Source of the DNA: Eledone cirrhosa
Lineage: Eukaryota
Direction: 5' to 3'
Length of the DNA stretch: 64,000 bases
Assembly (NCBI GenBank): GCA_964016885.1
Contig: OZ024743.1
Coordinates: 19,406,001-19,470,000, forward strand
Shown here piece after piece: positions 12,747 through 23,075 of this stretch (the stretch's first letter is position 1; every line of letters starts with the position of its first letter). The position numbers were made by a program, and so were the translations under genes. A model generated the notes under the pieces. The model was given only the letters and a program-made list of their open reading frames with translations. It made no database searches and was not told where the DNA came from.

Positions 12747-13012
12747 GTTTCTTTTATTTGCCACTAGGGCATCAAAAGTGGGACAAGTACAAAGGGGGGA
12801 GTTTACACAAAAAGGCGTCCTCAATAAGGAGGAGGCAATAACAAAATATAAAAATAAAATAAGATATAAAAAAAATTAAATTTTTAACAAAATCCTCAAT
12901 AGAGAGGAGGCGCCTTGGGGGGTCGCACCCCCCCCCCCCCGAAAAAAGTGTGCAACCCTTTTCCTCAGGAGCACAGAGAGGGGGTGCTCCCTCGTTCCTT
13001 CCTCTTTTCCAC

Positions 13013-16000
13013 CTACAGGCTTATGTAAAGAGAAGGCCCATTCACACGGGCCATTCTCGCCACTTTCACCCACCTTTCATAAAAACGGCTGGGATGCAGC
13101 ACCTCTCTCTCCATCCTGATCCTTCTTCCGAAATGATATCGGAAGAAACGGACCAGTTGTTGGCCAGAGAGAAAGGTGCCTGACCTCAGTCCTTTCAGAC
13201 GCGTCCACCATACAACCTCTTTCGCCATGGCTATTACGCACAGAAACACCGCCTCTGCTTCATCTTTGAAGGGGGGAGTCGGCTTGATCATTACAATAGA
13301 CTCGGTGGTCAACCGGATCGGTCCCACCCTTGACAGCAGTTGTTCGACATAGCCCCACAGATCGGCTACGCCCGAGCAGTGTACCAATGCGTGTGCAACG
13401 GTTTCCTCGTCGCACACGCATCTGGGACAGATCTTTTTGGCGGGGTCCCTACCCGGGCGCCAGTGTCTGTAGAGCCTTTCTCGAACGGGTAAAGCCCCTC
13501 GGTAGCACTGCCAGGCCAGGGACTTCTGGAAGTTGTCCATAGGTCCCGGGCTGAATGTCCTACCGAACAGGCTGGCCAGTTCGTCCTCCTCCATGTCTAG
13601 GGCTTCTCCGAGGGCGTCGTCGCACCTGCTGCGTACCAGCCCTCTATAGAATGTTGCGTTGGAGTCTCCACTGATAACCGGATCCGCCTGCCAGAGGGCG
13701 GTGAGCGCCTGGGCACACTCAGTGTGCCAGGCGCCCAGTTTTCTCGGTCTTTGCTTGACTCAGGATTGCAGCTCGGTGAGTGAGACGAGTCTGGGAAAGG
13801 TTCGTCTCACAAACGAGGCCCACACCGGTTGTCCGGTGAGGAATACGTAGAGGTGCCGTAGCCTTAATGCGTCTTTACGCATCATTAGCCACGGCATCCC
13901 CAGCCCTCCTTTCGAAGGGTGTTGACAGCAGATGGATCTCCTCACCATAGGAGCCCGCCTCTTCCAAAGGAATTGGAAGAGCGCGCGCTCCATCTTGGTG
14001 AGGGTTTCCCTTGGGCAGGGCACTACGGTCAGGCGGTAGTAGATGACGGACGCTATATAAGTGTTCGCCACCTCCGCCCGACCTTTCAGGGATAGTTTGC
14101 AACTGGCCCACTTCTGGGTCAGTGCAAACACCCTGTTCGTAACCTCCGCCCAGTTTTTCTCCACCTGGAGGTCCGGTCCGAACCAGACCCCGAGCAACTT
14201 CACCGGGCCCTCCGTCCAGCGTCCGACGACGCCATCAGAGGGCATCGGTCTGCCCCTCCACGTGCCGAGTTGCAAACCGATCGACTTGTCCCGGTTCAGC
14301 TTAGCCCCTGTGAACTTTTCGTACTCCTCCAGTAAGGTGCCGACCGCCTCGATTTCGGAGGCCGTCGACACCATTACTGTCACATCATCGGCGTAGGCTG
14401 ACACCGCTTTCCGCAATCCCGGTTCCAAAGGGATGCCCTGCAACAACTCCAACTTCCGCAGTAGTGGCTCGAGAGTCAACACATACAGAAGGGAGGAGAG
14501 AGGGCACCCTTGTCGGATGGACCGCGCGATTTTGAACGGCTCCGAGAGGTAGCCGTTCACCTTGACCCTAGAGCAGATGCGGCTGCTGTGCATAGCAGTG
14601 ATCCAGCCCCTGAAAACGGGTCCGAAGCCTGCCGCCGCTAGCACCGCATCCAGGTAACCATGGTCGACCCTATCGAACGCCTTAGATTGATCCAAGTTGA
14701 TCAGAGCCCCACCAAAGCCGGGTTCGTTCCCAACCCTCTCTATGATGTATCGCATGAGGTGGAGGTTGTCATGGATGGACCTGGACGGGATAGCGCATGT
14801 CTGCGCATCTCCCACCAGGTTGCCCACGACAAGCGCCAACCTCTTTGCTAGCACCTTGGCCAAAATCTGTAACTCTGTATTTAGCAGAGTTATGGGCCTG
14901 AAGTTACTTATTTCGTCCCCCTTGTTCTCGTCCTTCCTCACTAGCGTGACTACGCCCTTGGTCACAGTACAGGGAATTCTCCCGTTCTGTTGCCAGTTGC
15001 AGTAGACCGCCTCGAGGAGATCGGGGAACAAGTCCGGCATAGCTAGATATAATTCGTAAGGAAGACCATCGAGACCCGGGGATTTGCGTTTGCCGCATTG
15101 GCCCAGCACGTCCTCTATCTCAGCGGCCGAAATCGGCTCCTCGCAAGACTTCGCCTCCCTGTCCGAGAGGCGCGGCAGGCCGTCGAGGTATGGACCGAAG
15201 TCCACGTTTCCAACCGGCTCCCCGCCCTTCCCGAACAGTCGGGCAAAGTGCCTTTGAAAGGCCTCACACATCTGCTTAGGCTCAAGAATCGCCCGTCCAT
15301 CCAGGTCTCGCAAAGACCTGATGGTGGATTTAGTTCCACTGTTGGCCTCTGTCACGAGGGCCCAGCTAACAGCTTTGGCCCCCTCGTTCCCTAGAGCACG
15401 TATTTTACTTCGGACAACGCAGCCTTCGTGCTTCGCGTCGAAAAACTGGCTCAAAGCCGTTCTCGACGCTAGCACTCTGGCCACGTCGCCGCTTCTAATT
15501 GCCTCTTCTACTCTATCTATTAGCTCCCTTTCCTTCCTATTGCTATCCGCAGCTAGAACCTTACTAAATTCAATCGAGACTACTCTAATCTCTCTCTTTA
15601 GAGATACCCACCACCTGCTGTTGACGATCGCTCCAGTCAACCGTTCCTTAACTAACGTACTAATCCGATTCCTGTAGGCTCTACTTGCCGGCAAGGACAA
15701 GTTGAGCTTCCAGTAACCGGGGCCCTATCTATGAGTTCTGTCAAGGTTGACCATGCAGGTCACTAATTTGTGGTCTGAATAGCCAACCATGCGCATTTTT
15801 GGACAACTTAAAAAGTCCTTATCCTTAATTCTAACTAAGAACCTATCTAGGTACGACCTAGATGATCCGCTACGATTTGCCCAAGTCCAGGTTGGCGCAG
15901 TCGGAAAATCTAGTCGATATCTATCGGCCAGGTCAAATCGACCGATTAACCCTTTGAGGCTATTACACCCCTCTCTATCGGGGCAGGCCCCTACGTAGTC

Positions 16001-16450
16001 CCAGCGTGCATCTAGGATACCATTCCAGTCCCCCACTAATAGCAAGGAGCGGGACGTCCCTAGAAAAGTCTCCAGACGATGGAAGAAGTCCGGCCGCATT
16101 GACCCGAAGGGGCCGTAGGCGGCTACCAACCTAAACGCTCCGCCTTTACCACTGCCAAGGTCCAGAACCACTAGTCGACCCTCCGGGTCCAAATGTACCA
16201 TCTGTGTTGCGAGACCCAGATGTTTTTGCAGCAGAACGACAACTCCACCCCCACCTCCGGGCTGACAGAGAGATGCGTGCATCTCAAAGTCATCAAAGGT
16301 GGGGGCCAGCTGTCGCACGTTGCTGATCCGGGCCTCGCAAATAACCATCACATCTATACGTTGTGACCTGAGGTCATTTAGAAGCATTGCTTGCTTCCAA
16401 GTTGAGCCCAGGCCACGCGCATTTAAACAGCCTACTCCTAGCATAGCCAT
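13013..16450 (-). pseudogene. ORF2 of copy D (1145 aa if two stops are read through): APE-RT-CCHC
   Basis: ORFs 15725-16474, 13760-15700 and 13013-13594 share one frame; TAG at 15725-15727 (Gln/Arg codon in other copies), TGA at 13760-13762 (TGG elsewhere); QGCPLS, YADD, CPRC..ET..H...C. Confidence 0.93.
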
Positions 16451-16474
16451 GTTGGTGGTGAAGAGAAAAGGCAC

Positions 16475-18262
16475 TTACCTCTCTGCGTCCCGGGTATCGG
16501 GCTGCACAATTTCCATTAGGGTGGGGGATGGGTTGTTGGGTGGGGTGGTGGTTTGTGGAAGTGTGGGGGCATCAGTGTGTTGTGTGGTTGGGGAGCTTGG
16601 AGTTGTGAGGGTGTTTGGGGAGGGGGTGGGATAGTTTTTTAGGAGGACGCGGTTAATGGGCCCGACGCAGGGGGGACCCACGTCCTCTTTAAAATTGTTT
16701 TTTAAAGTTTTATAGGTGTCCTGTGGGGCCTTAATCATTTTGAGGTGGGGGAAATCCCCTGCCTGGGTGAAGTTAGGCCCTTGTGTTTTTATTAGATTGT
16801 TGTTGTACACAATGTTTAACAGTTTTTTGTTTCTTGTATTTATGTATGTGTATGCATGTTTTTGTTTTTGTGTGGTGTTTTTTGTTTGCTGTTGTGAGCT
16901 CTTTTGTGTTGGTGTCAGTGTTATGTTTTGGGGAGGGTTTTTTTTCATTTGTGTGTCTGAGGTGTGTTTTCTTTTTTTTCTTTTGATTGTGTGGAAGTGC
17001 TCCTCCTCGTCTGACGACGAACTAGGCTCATCTTCCGCGTTGGAGGGGAGGGGTATATTTTCGGGTTGTGTTTGCGGTACGGGTGTTTTGGAAATTGTTT
17101 TTGTTTTTTGAGTGGAGGGGATGGGTTGGACATTGTTTTGTTTTGGTTTGAGCTGTGGTGGTTGTTTTTGTAGTGGTAGTTGTGGTGATTGTGTTGGATG
17201 TGCAGTTGTTGGTGGTGTAGGCAGGATTGGGGTTTTCTTATTAAGTTGGGGACAGACAGCCCTCAGGTGACCTCTGGTTCCGCAGAGGTAACACGAGGGC
17301 CGTCTACCCTCAACGGTAATGTTGATGAAGGTTAGATCATCCAGTATGACGCGTTCAGGGATCTGGGCGATCCTTTCGGGCCTCATTTGAACTACAAGTT
17401 CGAGGCTCGTTCCACTGAACGCGTCACCCGATGCCTTTCCCATGGACACCAGCATGTCATCCTCCAGGTCCAGAAAACCTGTCAAAACCCACCATATGTC
17501 CATAATCGGCAGGATGGTGTGGATTTTTATTTTTTGTGTTCTTCTACCCATGTACGTAGGGTAGAAGGTGTATGCGGTGGATGTGATTGGTTTGATGGAC
17601 AGTTTCACTGCTGTGTCCCTGTCCTTCATGAGAATGGATAGACTCCCGTAGAGTCTATCCTTCTGAATGAAGGTGATGTCCTTCATGACGTCTTTTAAAA
17701 CCAGCTCTATCTCGCTCTGTGATGGTTGAGCTGGTTTTTTACTTTTGTTCGAGATTGTCCTAAACATGACCGTGTTTAGGAGTCTCTGGCTTTTTAGTTC
17801 CGGGGGGGAATGGATTGTGAATGAACCATTTTCCCCGTACACTATATATGTTTTCGCATCCGCCAGTAGCTCCTTCGCTTTTGTTATATCTACTGGCAGA
17901 TAGTCGAGGGTTTTCCTTGTCGTCTCGGCGAAGGAGAAATTTTGTTTGTTTGTGTTGTTGTTGTCGTTGGTGGTGTTGTTGTTATCATTGTTGTTGTTGT
18001 CACCGTTATTGGTCTTGTTGTTGTTATTGTTATTGTTATTGGTGTTGCTTTCGTCCGTCGCATTGTTGTTGTTGTTGCTCTTGCTGCTGGTTCTTTGGGT
18101 TGTTGCCATGGCAACGTCAAGTTGTCGGTTAACAGGTGGAGAGAATTCTTCCTCTGGCTGACCTATCTTCTTGACCTCTGCTACTGTGACAGTGGCAGGG
18201 GGAAGCTGTAAGTTCATCTTCCCCTTTCCTCCTTCGAATTTTGGTGAAGAAGCTTCGGCCAT
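16475..18262 (-). CDS. intact ORF1 protein (595 aa) with single CCHC zinc knuckle
   Basis: Open from ATG to TAA; EGRRPSCYLCGTRGHLRAVCP; poly-Asn N-terminal region; basic KRKKRK segment. Confidence 0.88.
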   Translation of the reverse strand: MAEASSPKFEGGKGKMNLQLPPATVTVAEVKKIGQPEEEFSPPVNRQLDVAMATTQRTSSKSNNNNNATDESNTNNNNNNNNKTNNGDNNNNDNNNTTNDNNNTNKQNFSFAETTRKTLDYLPVDITKAKELLADAKTYIVYGENGSFTIHSPPELKSQRLLNTVMFRTISNKSKKPAQPSQSEIELVLKDVMKDITFIQKDRLYGSLSILMKDRDTAVKLSIKPITSTAYTFYPTYMGRRTQKIKIHTILPIMDIWWVLTGFLDLEDDMLVSMGKASGDAFSGTSLELVVQMRPERIAQIPERVILDDLTFINITVEGRRPSCYLCGTRGHLRAVCPQLNKKTPILPTPPTTAHPTQSPQLPLQKQPPQLKPKQNNVQPIPSTQKTKTISKTPVPQTQPENIPLPSNAEDEPSSSSDEEEHFHTIKRKKRKHTSDTQMKKNPPQNITLTPTQKSSQQQTKNTTQKQKHAYTYINTRNKKLLNIVYNNNLIKTQGPNFTQAGDFPHLKMIKAPQDTYKTLKNNFKEDVGPPCVGPINRVLLKNYPTPSPNTLTTPSSPTTQHTDAPTLPQTTTPPNNPSPTLMEIVQPDTRDAER

Positions 18263-18470
18263 TTAAAAAATATTGACTTTTCAACAAGAAAAAACTTTTT
18301 TTTTAACTATTTCGCCTAAAGGCGTAGAATATTTTGAGAGACTGACCAGATCAAAGTTTGACCTGGCAGTCCCTCTACAAAATGGTACAAAAATTAAAGT
18401 TATCAGACAAGAATTTCTATAGAAATTTAAACAGAACTTACTCAGCAAGTTATACGCGTGTGTCCATCCC

Positions 18471-18576
<106 letters not shown>

Positions 18577-21329
18577 GGATATTTTCTTACTCCTTTTAAG
18601 ATTAACTAAGATGAACAAAGATGAAAACTGAAATGCTGTTACATGATTTAAAATTGAGGTTTTGTACTATATATTTATATTCATATTCGATGTTTCTTAG
18701 TTAATGTAATTCTATGATTTATAGTTTACTCTTAACCTAGAATATTTCATGAGAAAATCATGCTATGCTATTATTTCTCATTGTTTTATATATCTTGTTC
18801 TGAAAATGGTGTCAATTAAAATTGATGATATCCTTGCTGACGATTGACTTGATAATACTTTAAAACCAGTCGCAATATCTATTATTTGATAATTTCTTTT
18901 GGGAATATCATTATCCACATAATCTTAGTCCATATGTTAATCTCTGAATTCAATATTATCCCCACCATCTATATATTACGTCACATTACTCTCATTATCA
19001 ATTAACTGGGAATATTTGTTTTTCCTCGTTTGACCGATTAATATTGACAAAAATCTCCGCCTACGATCTAAAGTAAATGTTCCACCATTATACCTGTGTA
19101 AATAACTAGCAACAACAATTTTTTAAATCAACAGAAAACACTAACTGTGCACTAATCAATCGAGTATAGAAACAACTTCGTTAAATTGTATTTAGAAGGG
19201 ATTTGATTCCGAACGTATTTGTAATATCGTTGAATAATGCATATAACTGTACTAAAATTCGCATCTCTTCCATATCATAGCGAGGATCCTTCTTAATTTC
19301 CAGTCTGTAGTGTACTATGTATATTGTCAAATTGCGTCATTGGTATTTGCTACTGCAACTAGCAGCAAAGAAGCTCCAGAATGACACTATTCACATTTGT
19401 AAACACCAAGTTCGGCAAACAGTTTTCGAATGTTTAGTTATTTGGGATGCCATTGAACAATCTGAAGAGTTTAGACATGACGCTTCTTAGTACTACATCA
19501 GGCTATTTACCAAGACATGATTCAGTCATATAGCTAAGTTATGCACACGAATACGATCGATTAAGGGAATGAGAAAATAATTTCACTTAATTTAAAATCA
19601 TTCTTGGACAATACTTTTTCTTTTACTTGAAATTGATCCATCCGTATTTTTCTGCTTCGCCAAGGAAGAAGACGTAGCGACTACGACCATTCTAGGGCTT
19701 GCTAGAACTATATGAGGAAGATAAAAGTTTTTCTCTATGCACCAAAGAGTCAGGTCGGGGTTTGAAACCGGGTATTTACAGATTAATTCTACAAAATAAG
19801 AAGGGTAAAGCGTGATTTAAACTTAGAGCGAAGGGAGTCATAATATATAACGGAAGGCCACTTGGCCGACGCCCTAACAAATCTGCCAGTTCAACCATCT
19901 TAACTGACAGTAATGATGTTATTTGAGCTCAAAGCACAGAGATTTGAACGAAATATCCATAGCATTCTTTATTTAGTGAATGAAGAATTGTTGCTTTCAA
20001 TGAATTGTAGTTTTTCTGTTTAAAGATATCTGCTACCAAGATATCAGTAACGCAGCATTTTAGCTATATCCATAATATTTTGGCTATTCGTATCCTGTGC
20101 TGAAGCATATCCAATATATATTCTAAGGTCTGTGACCTTATGTACATTTGTCAAATAGAAACAAGCAGAAACCCGAGTATCGGGAGGTACACCACCCATA
20201 GAAACAAAATCATTTTTAGAAAGTGTGGACATCAGTGTACCCAGAATCATTCATACATTCAAATATTGCGAAAAGGTCGGGGATACTCACATAGATATTT
20301 GAAGAGAGCTTTTATTCTCTCGATCACCAATGAATCAATATCTGTGTTAGATATGTAAAAAGACGTTTGGAAAGAAAGTAGTGAAAACCTCTAAGATGAA
20401 AGCCTACCTTGAACCAATATCTTTACATAACAAAAAGACAAAATGAATACCACATACACTTGGAGAGGATATTGTTATACCAGCTGTTATGAAGAACGTC
20501 TCTGAAACTATTCTTAATGTCATTCCTATGACTAGTAATGCAATGAAATGCCGTATTTATAAAACCACACGTGTTGTAAAGAGAATGGTTTCATATCTTA
20601 AGCAATATGAGAGTTTAACGTATCGAAATTCTCTATAGAAATTACTGCAATCCTAGTGTAAAATGCATTGATGAGGAATTTCCTTTTGCTTAAATCTGAA
20701 AGGATCTTCATTTAACGTTTAAGAGGTCTTGATACTATATGCCATTCCATTGTGATATTTGCTTCTGCCATACATGAGAGCAAGGCTAGTGTGTTAAATT
20801 TGCCAATGTATTAAATCTACTACTCAAGTATATAATAGTGTATTCGGAACACCGTTCGCATATATCGTGAATTTTTCGGTAAAACATATTGTTAAAGCAA
20901 TTTCTAAAAGAAGGAAAATGGAAAGGTAAATATTGTAATCTAAGCCTCTTGTGATTATAAGTAGGATATTGCAATAGTATGAGAAAATGAGACAGTGGAA
21001 AATATGTTATTCTGAAATGATGGATGGGTGAGAATACTGGACATACAAAGGGACGAATATTGTAAATTATGTATTAGATATATAGTTGTAATAGTAATTA
21101 ATTCGTACACTTGTACATGTAAAGGCAAAATTTGGAAAATCCAAAAAGTGAATAAATATTGTAACAAAATAATTGGTAGCTAACACAAGATACTGATTCT
21201 TATTTTATATGCATGTTTCTGCGCGTATATGTGTTTGTATTAAATTATGCAGTCTAAATTCTGTTCAAGGTCGTGAGATTAATGTTCATTTCAAATAATT
21301 AACGATCCCCATATGGTGCTTATATCTAT

Positions 21330-21476
21330 GGTAACCATGCTGAGAACATTGCCCTTGCCATTCTGAGTTCAAATCCCGCCAAGGTTAACTTTGCCTTTTA
21401 TGCTTACGGGGTCGATAAATTAAAGTACCAGTAATACACTGGGTAGTTGTGGGCCATGTGCCAAAAGTAGAAACAA
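21330..21476 (+). mobile_element. tRNA-derived SINE (Deu/Nin-like central domain)
   Basis: B-box GAGTTCAAATCCC, TTGCCTTT..GGGGTCGATAAATTAAAGTACC core, tail GTGCCAAAAGTAGAAAC; same family as 25476, 26065, 48274. Confidence 0.75.
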
Positions 21477-21631
21477 GCATTTGCAACGAATCCCTACCAT
21501 CAAATGTGTCAGCCCTGTGATCAGCTATTTCAGCATGATCTGTAGAGCACATACACTCAAAAATACATAATCACATATATAAATGCACTCACACAAAACG
21601 CCCACATATCAACAAAACACAGACACATACA

Positions 21632-21632
<1 letters not shown>

Positions 21633-21710
<78 letters not shown>

Positions 21711-21740
21711 TGAGAGAGAGAGAGAGATGATAGAGAGAGA
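21633..21740. repeat. compound (CT)n(TA)n(GA)n microsatellite
   Basis: direct reading. Confidence 0.95.
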
Positions 21741-22169
21741 CAGTTTGAGGAATAGATAGATTTAATGGCGGAAGCAGTAAAGTCAACGCAATTTACCGAT
21801 TCAGCTATCTATAAACTACTCTACGCAGGTTGAATATCGTTGGGGAGATATAGGCTACGGAGCACATCATATCGAATCGTTTATAGGAAAGCTTCACACG
21901 TATAGAACAAACATGTGTACACACATCAAAAGAAATATAAGGATTCCAACAGTTAAATAAAAAACGTGTTGAGATACATAGAGATGTAATCACCTGGACG
22001 AGAATATTGTGGCTGTCCAAAACATTCATGTTGACCAAAATATTATGGTTTCCACCGCCGATAAAATATACAGCCTCCAGCATTAAAATTTGATTTTAGC
22101 AACAGAGGACCGGTGGCACTTTTCAACAGCAAATAACCACATGCCATCTATGTTTTCTACATTATTATA

Positions 22170-23075
22170 TGGCATTACGACTTCGAAGCGGAGTACAACG
22201 TTGGGACACTAGTTCTCCAAATCACTTCACACCGATCCTGAAAGGGCCTTTCAAAGCCTCGGATGGAATGAGAGGGGCAACAAAATCGACAGCGAGTAAT
22301 TAAATCCCTTTAGGTTCGCTGAAGATAACATTATCTTCATTAGTAACAGAGAACTACAACAAATTATCAGCGAGTTGAACACTGCTAGCTTAGGAAGCAG
22401 TCATTATTTTGGTCAAAAAGACCAAGATCATGTACAAGCAATGCGTTGAGTAAACAGACCTGGCCATCTCGATAAATAACAAGGAGACCGAGCAAGTCGA
22501 CCATTACATCTGCCTCGATTAGCGAATTCCAGTGGACAATGTGTCCCAAGAACAAGAATTGAAGCACCTCATCACACTGGAGCGGCAAGCCATTGGAGGA
22601 GGGTGTGCCATCTTCAAGCAGAAATACATGTAAATTGTCTTGAAACCTCAGGTTTCTGACCAGTGTATTTTCTGACCAGTGTATTTTGCTAACTGTCAAC
22701 TACGGATGAAAAACATGGAACCTAACAAAAGGCAAACTCTAAAACTACGAATAATACAAAGAACATAAGAAAATATCATGTTGAACATTAGATGACAAGA
22801 TGAAAAACAGCCGAATAGACAGGGGAAAAAACAAAAGATTCGCGACATCTTAGATATCATTAGTAAAATAAAATGGAAAAATGCAGGACCAATTGACAAA
22901 ATGGCTGACTACATGTGAACCACACTCATCATACAAGGTCACACAAGAAACCGACGCCACCTGAAGACCAGATGAGAAAATTTGAAAACTTTCGGTTACA
23001 AATGCTTCAGGATTGACAAAGATGACACAGCTCGATGAAGGCTTATATCCAACAACGGACTATCCAGAGCGGAAG
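22170..23075 (+). pseudogene. heavily decayed RTE-clade RT/C-terminal fragment
   Basis: Frameshifted motifs LRSGVQRWDTSSP (about RGVRQGDTISP), RFAED (about RFADD), LRIIQRT*ENIML, KIRDILDIISKIKWKNAG (about KWRWAGH). Confidence 0.6.

Larger units (their letters stand above)
12745..18470 (-). mobile_element. Tx1-clade LINE copy D, full length (about 5.7 kb), least decayed
   Basis: (GATA)n on both sides; intact ORF1; ORF2 in one frame with two nonsense codons; AATAAA at 3' end. Confidence 0.95.

Noticed and set aside
13760-15727. Programmed readthrough or recoding of the two stops in D ORF2
   Set aside because: Other copies have sense codons at both sites; simple transitions explain them
20600-21100. 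Possible decayed Penelope-like element (minus strand HPSF.., RLR, NGVP)
   Set aside because: Motifs too degenerate to call by eye
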